Position numbers and translations under genes: made by a program
Assembly: GCA_041577295.1 (NCBI GenBank)
Contig: JBFGJG010000007.1
Span: 1 to 64,000 of the forward strand
Direction of reading: 5' to 3'
Origin: Gemmatimonadales bacterium
GTDB lineage: Bacteria > Gemmatimonadota > Gemmatimonadetes > Gemmatimonadales > GWC2-71-9
Length of the DNA stretch: 64,000 nt
The notes under the pieces: generated by a model
Told to the model about the DNA's origin: nothing
Databases searched by the model: none
The model's input: only the letters and a program-made list of their open reading frames with translations
In this document: piece after piece, positions 9,120 through 18,236 of the stretch
How positions within the stretch are numbered: the stretch's first letter is position 1
How the letters are laid out: every line of letters starts with the position of its first letter

Positions 9120-9285
9120 GCTGTCAATGCGGAAGGTCGCTATGGGCTGCGGCGGGGCGAGTTGAACAATGCACGTTCCGAGCTCTTTGGAGGAACTGTT
9201 TGTGCGAAAGGCTGAATCTAGGATGTTTGCTGCGGAGATCGGTCAGAGACTGGTAAAGAAATGGTAAGCAAATAGCGGCGTTAGA

Positions 9286-10236
9286 TCACCGTCTTTCTAT
9301 GGCGACTCCCGACTCGATGACGTCGGGAACCAGCGGGGTTGCCGGATTGCCCTCGTGAGTCAATGCGTTGGCCAGCACCGCCGCGATGTCGTGTGCGCGA
9401 GGTCGGGTGGTGACGGCGATCACCGTTGACCCCGATCCGGAGAGTGTGACGCCGTACGCTCCGGCTGCGAGCCCGGCGCGCACTGCAGCCTCGTAACCTC
9501 GAATCATCCGTTTGCGGTGAGGCGTCGCCAGCTGATCTTGCATCCCAAAGCCAATGAGCGCTTCCTCTCCCGTTGCGAGCCCGTGAATCAGCGCTGCAAA
9601 CCGGCGTGCCTGTTCGACGGCAACATCCCGGGTAACGCGATCAGGTAAAGCCGCGCGCGCTCGCTTGGTATCGACGCCAGCCTCGGGTATTCCGAGTGCA
9701 ACGCTCAGATCGCTGTGCAGTGGCAAGCGGCGCGGTTTGTCGGCGGCTAGCACCAGGCCACCCAGGACCGCGGGGCCAACGTTGTCTGGGTGTCCTTCGA
9801 TCGCGGTTCCGCGCTCGACGATGCGCTCGTGGTGCGGCTCGCGGCCGGCCAGGAGATCGCCCGCAACGAGTGCGGCAACGACAGCAGCAGCCGACGAGCC
9901 CAGACCGCGACTCACCGGGATGTCCGACGAGATCTCGATGTGATGACCGGCGGGCACGCTCATGCCCAGCATGCGCGCGACGATGTCACGATCGGGGGTG
10001 AGGCTTTCCAGGGATCCGCGGTAGACGGGAGCGCCGTCACCTGGGAGCAGCCGCGCCTCGAGCCATAGGTTGAGCGCGAGCCCGAGGCAGTCGAACCCGG
10101 CGCCGAGGTTCGACGCTGACGCCGGGACTCGTACGGACCAGAGGTGGTGGTTATTCGTAACGGAGTGCCTGGATGGGATCGAGCCCGGCGGCCCGCCGCG
10201 CAGGCCAGAGCCCGAAGAAGATGCCAACGATCGCAC
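9286..10236 (-). CDS. thrB: Homoserine kinase (start uncertain)
   Basis: VRVPASASNLGAGFDCLG, IPVSRGLGSSAAA (GHMP motif), EGHPDNV, LSGSGST. Confidence 0.9.
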   Translation of the reverse strand: MRSLASSSGSGLRGGPPGSIPSRHSVTNNHHLWSVRVPASASNLGAGFDCLGLALNLWLEARLLPGDGAPVYRGSLESLTPDRDIVARMLGMSVPAGHHIEISSDIPVSRGLGSSAAAVVAALVAGDLLAGREPHHERIVERGTAIEGHPDNVGPAVLGGLVLAADKPRRLPLHSDLSVALGIPEAGVDTKRARAALPDRVTRDVAVEQARRFAALIHGLATGEEALIGFGMQDQLATPHRKRMIRGYEAAVRAGLAAGAYGVTLSGSGSTVIAVTTRPRAHDIAAVLANALTHEGNPATPLVPDVIESGVAIERR

Positions 10237-11365
10237 TGAAGGAGAACGCGATCAGAATCGCCAACGGTGACAGCAGCGTGTTCCAGTTGGCGAGCCGTGA
10301 CAGTGCGACTGCACCACCCGAGCCCACCAGGATCCCGAGCACTCCACCCAGCATGCACAAAACGAGGGCCTCGATGAGGAACTGTAGCATGATGTTGCTA
10401 CGGGTGGCGCCGAGTGCTTTGCGGACGCCAATTTCGCGGGTGCGCTCGGTGACGGAGACCAACATGATGTTCATGATGCCGATCCCACCTACCAAGAGGC
10501 TTACTGCCGCGATGCTCGCGAGCAGCCAGGTGAAGGTCTGCGTGGTATCCTCGAGCGTCGCCAAGAACTCTGCCCGCCGCAATATCTGAAAGTCATTATC
10601 ACCGCCCGGGGCAATCGAGTGTTCCCGGCGCAAAACGCGCTCGATCTCGAGCATGGCGGTGGCGATCGAATCGACGTCACTGACTTCGGCGGTGATCGAT
10701 CCGAGTCGATCAGTACCCATGAGCCGGAATTGGGCGGTTTGGATTGGCACGAGGATGATCTCGTCGGGGTTCCGCCAGCTTCCCTGTGCTCCCTTCTCGG
10801 CGAGGAGCCCGATGATCTCAAACGGCACGCCACCCACCGACAACGACTTACCGACGAGCAACTCCGGGGTCGTGCCGAGCATCCCAGGTATGGCATATCC
10901 CAGTACTGCGACCCGTTTGCGTCCTTCGTCATCGCCCGCGCTGAACATGCGTCCTACGTGCACTTGATACCGGTTGACGTCCACATAGCCCGGAACCGTA
11001 CCGGTCACGCTGACGTTCAGGTTTTGACTGCCGTACTTCACCTGTCGATTGGCACGCAATTCGGGCACGATGGCGCTGAACCCGCGTGCATCACGCTTGA
11101 GCGCTTCCGCATCGTCCGAGGTCAGGACCGCCCGGTCCGCCCCAGCGATGCCACGGCGAAAGCCTTGGCCCGGGTAGATAGTGAGTAGGTTGGTTCCAAG
11201 GGCTTCGATCTGTGCCTGGATGGCCTTGCTCGCCCCATTGCCGAGAGAGACCATGGTGATCACGGCCCCCACGCCGATCACGATACCGAGTGCAGTGAGG
11301 AATGAACGCAACTTGTTGGCGCGAATGGCGCCCAAGGCTACCCCAATGATCTCACCGAGTAGCAT
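10151..11365 (-). CDS. MacB/FtsX-type ABC transporter permease
   Basis: NKLRSFLTALGIVIGV, GGIGIMNIMLVSVTERTREIGVRKALGA, DPIQALRYE. ATG 11365 overlaps the upstream stop (TAATG). Confidence 0.93.
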   Translation of the reverse strand: MLLGEIIGVALGAIRANKLRSFLTALGIVIGVGAVITMVSLGNGASKAIQAQIEALGTNLLTIYPGQGFRRGIAGADRAVLTSDDAEALKRDARGFSAIVPELRANRQVKYGSQNLNVSVTGTVPGYVDVNRYQVHVGRMFSAGDDEGRKRVAVLGYAIPGMLGTTPELLVGKSLSVGGVPFEIIGLLAEKGAQGSWRNPDEIILVPIQTAQFRLMGTDRLGSITAEVSDVDSIATAMLEIERVLRREHSIAPGGDNDFQILRRAEFLATLEDTTQTFTWLLASIAAVSLLVGGIGIMNIMLVSVTERTREIGVRKALGATRSNIMLQFLIEALVLCMLGGVLGILVGSGGAVALSRLANWNTLLSPLAILIAFSFSAIVGIFFGLWPARRAAGLDPIQALRYE

Positions 11366-12858
11366 TAGCGGCCTCCTCCCTGCTGGGTGTTCGACGACTG
11401 CCGTTGCACGCCGGGAAGTCCACCACCCCGCACCCGCGCGATCCGCTCCTGCCACTCTCGCTGGCTCTGCACCAAGCTCGCGCTAGGCAAGATGAGTACG
11501 GTGTCCGACGCTGTGAGTCCTGACACCACCTCAGCATGGTCGAGATCGGTGAGCCCGGTGCGGATCGGAACGGCTCGGGCTTCCCCTGCACGCATGACGA
11601 AAACGATGTAGTCGCCTCCGAACAGGTAGTCGCTCCCGCCTTGAGTGCGGCGGGTAGGTCCACCTGCGCGATTCATAGCCCCGCGGACCTTGTTCATCAC
11701 CTCGCGTTCCTCGCTCGAAAGCGCCTGGGGACCTCCCCCAGAGCGCATCTTCTGAAAGATCGATCGCACCTGATCTGCGGTGACACCCTCAGGGAGCTCG
11801 ATCGTACTTCCACCAAAGCTGATCGTCTCGGGACCGGCCTCTTCGGCGGTGGTACCACCCATCGATGCGGCACCCGGACCGCCGTCGTCCGTCGATCGCG
11901 CGGCTGCGAGTTGTTCCCGAACGGCGTCGGGCGTGAGCCCGAGCACTTCGGCGCCAGCATTCACGTCGCGTTCGGTACGAAGCGCCGCGTTGGGGACCGT
12001 GAGTACGTCCTCGCGGGCGCCTATATGCACCTCCACCTCGGCATTCATACCCGGGCGCAACAACGCTCGTGGGTTGGCGATCCTGATGAGCACGGGGAAC
12101 ATGGTGACATTCTGCTCGACCGTAGCTTGCGGCTCGATCTTGAGCACACGGCCACGGAACGGCTGATTGGGAAATGCATCCACGGTAATGGTGACGTCGA
12201 GACCGGGCTGAACCTTCCCGATGTCCGTCTCGTCCACCAGCGTGCGAACCTGCACTGTGTCGAGATTCGCCATCTGCAGTAAAACCGTACCGCCGCCGAC
12301 CTCTCTGGTCGCGGACGAGATGACCGTGCCGACCTCGACGTCCTTGGAGATGACGACTCCCCGAATCGGGGCTCTTACCTCGGTGTCCTCGTACGCGATA
12401 CGCGCGTCTTCGAGCGCACGTTGTGCTCGCACGAGCTGCGCCTTGGCGGTCGCGGCTGTCAGGTTCGCAGTTTCGAACTCCTGCTCGGTGATCGACTGAG
12501 TCTTATACAGCTCGTCAGCGCGGCGCTGTTGGGACTCTGCGTTTTGCAGCTGGGCCTGCGCGACCTCGAGATCCGCCTCGGCCTGTAGGAGTGCGTTCCG
12601 CGGCGTGCGGGGATCGACCCGCACGAGGAGCTGCCCTGGTTGCACTTGATCCCCGGTCTCTACGTGCGTCTCGACGATCTCGCCGGACGCCTTGGATTTG
12701 ACATCGACCGTAGTGACCGGCTCAACCGTTCCAGCGGCGCTCACCGACACCACAATGTCTCTCGTCGTGACCGCGGCTACCTGATAGACGGGGGGTGGTG
12801 GCGGTTCGGAGCAAGCCAACAGGACCACCAAAAGTGCCACACTCTTTATTGCCTTCAT
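11365..12858 (-). CDS. Efflux periplasmic adaptor (MacA/HlyD-like), lipoprotein
   Basis: LLAC lipobox, lipoyl halves, coiled hairpin, [16 protein letters not shown]. Confidence 0.92.
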   Translation of the reverse strand: MKAIKSVALLVVLLACSEPPPPPVYQVAAVTTRDIVVSVSAAGTVEPVTTVDVKSKASGEIVETHVETGDQVQPGQLLVRVDPRTPRNALLQAEADLEVAQAQLQNAESQQRRADELYKTQSITEQEFETANLTAATAKAQLVRAQRALEDARIAYEDTEVRAPIRGVVISKDVEVGTVISSATREVGGGTVLLQMANLDTVQVRTLVDETDIGKVQPGLDVTITVDAFPNQPFRGRVLKIEPQATVEQNVTMFPVLIRIANPRALLRPGMNAEVEVHIGAREDVLTVPNAALRTERDVNAGAEVLGLTPDAVREQLAAARSTDDGGPGAASMGGTTAEEAGPETISFGGSTIELPEGVTADQVRSIFQKMRSGGGPQALSSEEREVMNKVRGAMNRAGGPTRRTQGGSDYLFGGDYIVFVMRAGEARAVPIRTGLTDLDHAEVVSGLTASDTVLILPSASLVQSQREWQERIARVRGGGLPGVQRQSSNTQQGGGR

Positions 12859-13601
12859 TGCTTACTCGCCGTTGAAATGTCCCGTTCGATGCGGCCATCG
12901 AGAAGATGAATCTGTCGTCGCGCATGGGCCGCGATATCGCGTTCGTGTGTGATCAAGACGATCGTGTGTCCGGCAGCGTGCAAGGCGTCGAACACCTGCA
13001 TGATCTCTTGACTCGTCACGCTGTCTAGGTTCCCGGTCGGCTCGTCTGCCAACAGGATGCTCGGATTGTTTACGAGCGCGCGCGCGATAGCGACTCGTTG
13101 GCGTTGACCCCCCGAGAGCTCGTTGGGCTTGTGCTTCATGCGATCCCCCAGCCCGACCTTCTCCAGCGCATCGGTAGCTCGGTCACGCCGATCCTTGGAA
13201 GAGTACCCTGCGTAGATCAGCGGGAGCTCGACGTTGTGGAGCGCGGTCGCACGCGGGAGCAGATTGAATGTCTGAAAGACGAAGCCGATCTCTTTGTTGC
13301 GGATACGCGCGAGCTCGTCGTCGTCCAATTCGCTTACCTTCTGACTGTTGAGCCAGTACTCTCCTCCCGTTGGCGTATCCAAGCATCCGAGGAGGTTCAT
13401 AAGTGTCGATTTTCCGGATCCCGACGGTCCCATGATCGCCACGAACTCGTTTTTCTTGATCTGGAGATCGACCTCGCGCAACGCGTGTACCACCTCCGCA
13501 CCCAACTCATAGTCTCGTGAGAGCCGGTGCGTGAGGATGATGATGTCCGGTGTGGGGATATCCCCGGTGCGAAAGTCCGTCAGCCGTGCCGTGCTCGTCA
13601 T
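12855..13601 (-). CDS. ABC transporter ATP-binding protein (MacB/LolD-like)
   Basis: [28 protein letters not shown]. Confidence 0.95.
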   Translation of the reverse strand: MTSTARLTDFRTGDIPTPDIIILTHRLSRDYELGAEVVHALREVDLQIKKNEFVAIMGPSGSGKSTLMNLLGCLDTPTGGEYWLNSQKVSELDDDELARIRNKEIGFVFQTFNLLPRATALHNVELPLIYAGYSSKDRRDRATDALEKVGLGDRMKHKPNELSGGQRQRVAIARALVNNPSILLADEPTGNLDSVTSQEIMQVFDALHAAGHTIVLITHERDIAAHARRQIHLLDGRIERDISTASKQ

Positions 13602-14887
13602 AGCTCTCTCCCGATCAGTGCTTCGATCTGCGCTCGTGCGACGAGGTAGTCGAGCCGTGCCTGCACGAGATCAACATCGGCCTGGTCGAGACTCACCTGC
13701 GACGTCAAAACATCTAGTATTGTCGCCGCACCCAAACGATACCGTTCCCGTAGCACCCGCAGATCTTCATCTGCCGCGGCACGGCTCGCCTGGGCGATCT
13801 CCGCGCGTGCGCCCGCGGACGCCAGTGATGCCAGATATTGGGTGAGGTCCGTGTTCACCTGCCGGCGGGCGTCCTCGGCTTGCGCCCTAGCGATGGCCTG
13901 ACTCGCCGAAGCACGCGCGTAGTTGGATTCTCGTGAGAAGCCATTGAAAATCGGCCACGAGAGGCTGACGCGCATCGACCAGGAGTTGCTCAGACTGTTG
14001 ATTTCCGCGCCAGCCCAGGAGTTGTTGAAGTTGGCAGTGATCGTCGGGAAGTACTGTGATCGTGACACGGCCAGCTGTGCGTCGGCGGCGCTCGCCTCCG
14101 CGAGTGCCTCGGCGACGATGGGGGATGCGCCGAACGCCTCGTCTCGCAAAGCGGCCGTATCCAGGCTCACCCGGGCAAACAGATCGGGATCGCTGTCGGC
14201 CCGCACAGGGCGGTCGAGGCCCATGAGGCGCGCGAGGTCGGCTTCCGCCGTGGCACGTTGGGTCTCGGCGTTCAGCATCTGGAGCTGTGCATTCCCGACC
14301 TCCACCCGAGCCCGCAACGTGTCGGAGCGGGTTGCCGTACCCGCCGCCAACTTGTCTTTGGCGATCTTGAGTTGCTCCTCAGCGCGCTGGATACGCGTCT
14401 CGGCGACACGTACCAACTCGTCAGCAGCCAGCGCCGTGAAGAATGCCTGCTTCGTCTGCAACGTTACTTGAAACTGTTGGTTGGTCAGCGTGGCGTCGGC
14501 ACTCGTCAAATCGGCGGCCGCCGCGCGACTCTCCGCAACCCGCCGAAACCCATCGAACAGCTCGAGGGAGGCATTGAAACCGGCGGAGTACGACGTCGAC
14601 GCGGCGGTGACCGTCCGCTGCGTGGCTTGGTCAAAGCGATTGGAGGAATTGCGGCTCCACCCTGACGAGCCGTTGATGGTCGGCAGCCAGCTGCCAAATG
14701 CCTCTCGACGGGTGGCGCCGGCAATGTCGACCTGCCCTCGCGCCTGCACCACCGACGGGTTGGCCTCGAGGGCGAGCTGCACCGCCTCGTCGAGCGTTAC
14801 GGTGCGCGCCTGTGCCGGGAGGTCCGAAGCCACGGCCGCGGTGACGAGCAAGGCGCCGCCAAACCACTTCCACACGTTACCGGCCAT
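13598..14887 (-). CDS. TolC-family outer membrane efflux protein
   Basis: Signal peptide from ATG 14887; [14 protein letters not shown]; two OEP repeats; [13 protein letters not shown]. Confidence 0.92.
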   Translation of the reverse strand: MAGNVWKWFGGALLVTAAVASDLPAQARTVTLDEAVQLALEANPSVVQARGQVDIAGATRREAFGSWLPTINGSSGWSRNSSNRFDQATQRTVTAASTSYSAGFNASLELFDGFRRVAESRAAAADLTSADATLTNQQFQVTLQTKQAFFTALAADELVRVAETRIQRAEEQLKIAKDKLAAGTATRSDTLRARVEVGNAQLQMLNAETQRATAEADLARLMGLDRPVRADSDPDLFARVSLDTAALRDEAFGASPIVAEALAEASAADAQLAVSRSQYFPTITANFNNSWAGAEINSLSNSWSMRVSLSWPIFNGFSRESNYARASASQAIARAQAEDARRQVNTDLTQYLASLASAGARAEIAQASRAAADEDLRVLRERYRLGAATILDVLTSQVSLDQADVDLVQARLDYLVARAQIEALIGREL

Positions 14888-15278
14888 GGGACCCTCCACG
14901 ACGCCGCAGGGCGCGCATGCTGTCACTGTGCGTGATCAGCGCGCGATACTTCACTTGCTGGTCGTCATCGAGGAGCGCCATGATCTCAGTGCGAATCGAG
15001 GCACGGAGCGAGTCAAACCGCGGCGACACCTCTTGCCAAAGCGCCCGCATGTGTGCCTCGCGGCGCTCGAGAATGAAATTGACCGAATCCCGCTGCGGCG
15101 CTGTCAGGCTGAGTTCCGACTGTAGGCGTTCCGCGTAGCTTCCCCGGCGTGCGTGTTCGCGGCGGTCTCGCTCATCCGACGTGCCCCACGCGGCGGCAAC
15201 CGCACTGCCCACCGCCGTTCCGGCTAGGAAGGCCGCGATCAAGAAGATGGCAGCTACGAGTTTTGAACGGGTCAGCAT
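14877..15278 (-). CDS. Periplasmic Spy/CpxP-like helical protein
   Basis: N-terminal TM/signal; LSLTAPQ and LDDDQ (LTxxQ-like) motifs. Confidence 0.65.
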   Translation of the reverse strand: MLTRSKLVAAIFLIAAFLAGTAVGSAVAAAWGTSDERDRREHARRGSYAERLQSELSLTAPQRDSVNFILERREAHMRALWQEVSPRFDSLRASIRTEIMALLDDDQQVKYRALITHSDSMRALRRRGGSHGR

Positions 15279-15301
15279 GTCGAGTACACTCCAAACTCCT
15301 C

Positions 15302-15673
15302 TTAGTCGTTATCAACAAATGTGGTCATCACGGCGTCCACATCGGGCGTGTCGGATGACACGAGATAGCTGGGAACGGCGGCACGCTCGCCGGCGGCGGG
15401 GAGCGGATCGCCCAGTGAGGCGATCGTGCCCGTGTTCGTTCCGCCGACGGCAAACCACAGAAGTGCCCCGGCCGCGATGCCGGTGGCCGCGACAAGACCT
15501 GGTCTGGCCCAGGCCGTAAGCACCTCCCACCACGGCAGATCGAGCTGTTCCCCAGGTGCCGCGGCCAGCACGCGCTGGACGAACGCTTCGTCACCGTGGG
15601 CGTCCAAGAGCTCGCGAAGGGCCCGGCCCAACTCAGGATCGGGTCGGTGATCAAAGGCGGATCGTTCGCTCAT
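15302..15673 (-). CDS. Putative single-TM anti-sigma factor
   Basis: Directly downstream of an ECF sigma; one central TM helix; GGGAG RBS before ATG 15673. Confidence 0.6.
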   Translation of the reverse strand: MSERSAFDHRPDPELGRALRELLDAHGDEAFVQRVLAAAPGEQLDLPWWEVLTAWARPGLVAATGIAAGALLWFAVGGTNTGTIASLGDPLPAAGERAAVPSYLVSSDTPDVDAVMTTFVDND

Positions 15674-15684
15674 CGCTTCTCCCT

Positions 15685-16239
15685 TCAGTGAGCGTCTTTC
15701 CAATCAGCCAGCGCGCTGCGGAGTGCCCTCCGCGCGTGAAAGACATCCGACCGCACGGTGCCATCCGGAACGTCCAGGACATCGGCGATCTCCCGGTGCG
15801 AATACCCCTCAACGTCGTACAGCACAATCGCGATGCGCTGGCGCTCCGGGAGCGTGTGCAATGCTCGATGCAACGCCTTGCGAAGCTCAGCCGCTTCGGC
15901 TCCCCGGGCCGGGTCCGGGTCGGCCGACGCGAGCGACGGCGGAATTGTCTCTGTCTCGCGTACTCGGCGGCGCCTGCGCCGGTCGGCCGCGGCGTTGGCA
16001 ACGATCCGCATGAGCCACGGTCCAAAGGGCCGTTTCGGGTCGTACCGTCCGAGGGTTCGCAAAGCGCTGAGGAACGCATCTTGGGCGGCGTCATCGGCAT
16101 CGTGCTCGTTCCCGAGAACCGCCCGCGCCAGGCGCCGAGCCTGCGGCGCGTAACGAGTGACGAGTTCTCCAAAAGCCACCCGGTCCCCGGCTAGTGCCAG
16201 GGCGGCGAGTTCAGCGTCCTCCCTCCCTGGTGTACGCAT
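15685..16239 (-). CDS. ECF RNA polymerase sigma factor
   Basis: GDRVAFGELV, DADDAAQDAFL, FGPWLMRIVAN, SHREIADVLDVPDGTVRSDVFHAR. Start placed at ATG 16239. Confidence 0.92.
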   Translation of the reverse strand: MRTPGREDAELAALALAGDRVAFGELVTRYAPQARRLARAVLGNEHDADDAAQDAFLSALRTLGRYDPKRPFGPWLMRIVANAAADRRRRRRVRETETIPPSLASADPDPARGAEAAELRKALHRALHTLPERQRIAIVLYDVEGYSHREIADVLDVPDGTVRSDVFHARRALRSALADWKDAH

Positions 16240-16259
16240 GGGGTCATGAAAACGTTGAG

Positions 16260-17660
16260 TCAGTCGTGATACGCACGACGGCGAAGGAACTCCCAGGCGG
16301 CGAGGCCGCCCAGCCAGAACGCCAATACTGCCAGCACGTACGCCATGATCCGCGGGAGTGCCAAGAACAGCGCACCGATGCCCAAGAACGTGAATACGAG
16401 CGCGCCGCCAATGGAGCGTCGGGCACCACCCGCGACCTGCGCGAGGGTCACAACCGCGCGGTGCCCGAGGTCGCGGGTGGTCAGAGGGCCCCGGCTCCTC
16501 CCGCGACTGACAGGCACCACGGCGGGGGGCAGGCGGGTGGCGAGCGCCCCCGGAGCACGTCGCGCTCGCAACACGATTTCGACGGCACGTTCGAGGTCGA
16601 GACGAAAGCGCTGGGCGGCTGTCGTTGCCAGGGCATCGTCGTCGACCAGCAGATCGAGCTCGTGATTGCTGAGGAGACTCGAGGGGTTGAGGTTGGACGA
16701 TCCCACCTTGAACCATACCTCGTCGGCGATCACGGTCTTGGCGTGCAACATTGGTCCGTACCACTCCCAGATCCGGACCCCTGCGCTCAGCAGCTCGCGA
16801 TACCCCACGCGGGTGAGGGCCCGCACCGCCGGAATGTCGGTCCGGCCAGGCACGAGGAGACGTACATCCACTCGGTCGCGTGCAGCGGCAATCAGCCCTG
16901 CATATAGCGGGCTTGGTGCAACCAGGTAGGCGTCCGTGATCCACAAACGGTCTGCGGCTCCGGCGATCAAGAGCTCGATCGTCCGGAAAAGTCTCAACTT
17001 TCCGGGAATCCCATCGATGACCCGGACGCGGGCCGGGCCACGTGCTTCGGTTTCTCGCAACGTGACCTCGACGGACGAGCCTGTGTCAGCCCATTTGCGG
17101 ACGAAGGTGTTATCGATGATGGGAACGGCCGGACCCTCGATGAAGACGGCGGTGTCGCGCCACGGTGTGATGCCGGCCGAAGGCTGACCAGCCCATTCAT
17201 CTCCGATACAGAGACCGCCAACGACCGCGCGGATGCCGTCGCTTCCTACGTACTTCCGGTGGTTCCGGCGGATGGATCGGAGTGGCTTGAAGAGGCTCAC
17301 CGGGTTGAACGCACGAACCTCTACGCCGCTCGTAGACAGGCGTCGCCAAAATTTCCTCGCCGTGCCACGTGAGCCGACTTGATCGTAGAGGACACGCACC
17401 TTGACTCCGCGTCGTGCGGCGCTGCGTAGCGCTGTGGCAAACCGTTCACCCGTGTCGTCGCTGCGGATGATGTAATTCTCGAAGTGTACCCATCGAGTCG
17501 CACGGTCAATAACCTCCTGCATCGTCTCGAAGGTGGCAGGACCGTCAGCCAAATGGGCCACCGCATTGCCGGGGATCGCACGACTTCCAGCCGCTCGATC
17601 GAGTGCTCGCGCGACCGCGCGGCCGTCGTGTTCGCCGGTGGCAGCCCAGGCTGAGGTCAC
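16260..17660 (-). CDS. cls: Cardiolipin synthase-like phospholipase D
   Basis: Two HKD motifs (HRKYVGSD, HAKTVIAD), WRDT, GSSNLN; C-terminal TM helices. Confidence 0.88.
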   Translation of the reverse strand: MTSAWAATGEHDGRAVARALDRAAGSRAIPGNAVAHLADGPATFETMQEVIDRATRWVHFENYIIRSDDTGERFATALRSAARRGVKVRVLYDQVGSRGTARKFWRRLSTSGVEVRAFNPVSLFKPLRSIRRNHRKYVGSDGIRAVVGGLCIGDEWAGQPSAGITPWRDTAVFIEGPAVPIIDNTFVRKWADTGSSVEVTLRETEARGPARVRVIDGIPGKLRLFRTIELLIAGAADRLWITDAYLVAPSPLYAGLIAAARDRVDVRLLVPGRTDIPAVRALTRVGYRELLSAGVRIWEWYGPMLHAKTVIADEVWFKVGSSNLNPSSLLSNHELDLLVDDDALATTAAQRFRLDLERAVEIVLRARRAPGALATRLPPAVVPVSRGRSRGPLTTRDLGHRAVVTLAQVAGGARRSIGGALVFTFLGIGALFLALPRIMAYVLAVLAFWLGGLAAWEFLRRRAYHD

Positions 17661-18232
17661 GACGAGCCTAGGCCGAGTGTCGTTTCGACTGGCCGGAGTG
17701 CTTCGATGACGAATCGAATGTGATCATCGAGCGGAACCCCGAGCTCCTCGGCGCCCTGCCGGACTTCGTCGCGATTGACTCCTCGGGCGAACGCCTTGTC
17801 CTTAAGCTTTTTTTTGACGCTCTTCACCTCGAGGTCATCGAGACTCTTCGAGGGGCGTACCAGGGCACACGCCACGAGGAAGCCGCAAAGTTCATCGACC
17901 GCGAACAAAGCCTGGGCCATGCGCGATGTTCGTGGAACACCGGTGTAGCTCGCGTGTCCGAGGATCGCTTCACACATCGGTTCGGGAAGTCCTCGCTCCC
18001 GCAGGAGACGAACGCCAACGGACGGGTGTCCTTCGGTGGGGTGGTGTTCCTGATTCGGGTAGCGCTCATAGTCGAAGTCGTGAAGTAGCCCGACAAGCCC
18101 CCACTCGTCCTCGGATTCTCCAGCGGCTCTCGCACAGGCACGCATCGCCGCCTCCACCGCGTACATATGCTTCCGCAGCGCGTCAGATTCCGTATACTCG
18201 TGCATCAGGGCTAGCGCCTCATCACGCGTCAT
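17657..18232 (-). CDS. HD-domain metal-dependent phosphohydrolase
   Basis: LRKHMYAVEAAM, GLLHDFDYE, LFAVDELCG. Start ATG 18232. Confidence 0.88.
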   Translation of the reverse strand: MTRDEALALMHEYTESDALRKHMYAVEAAMRACARAAGESEDEWGLVGLLHDFDYERYPNQEHHPTEGHPSVGVRLLRERGLPEPMCEAILGHASYTGVPRTSRMAQALFAVDELCGFLVACALVRPSKSLDDLEVKSVKKKLKDKAFARGVNRDEVRQGAEELGVPLDDHIRFVIEALRPVETTLGLGSS

Positions 18233-18236
18233 CCTG

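Noticed and set aside
8113..9290. Possible integron attC sites (TCTAAC after the thrB and MBL stops)
   Set aside because: No matching GTTRRRY box with the required imperfect palindrome; no integrase; thrB is a core gene.
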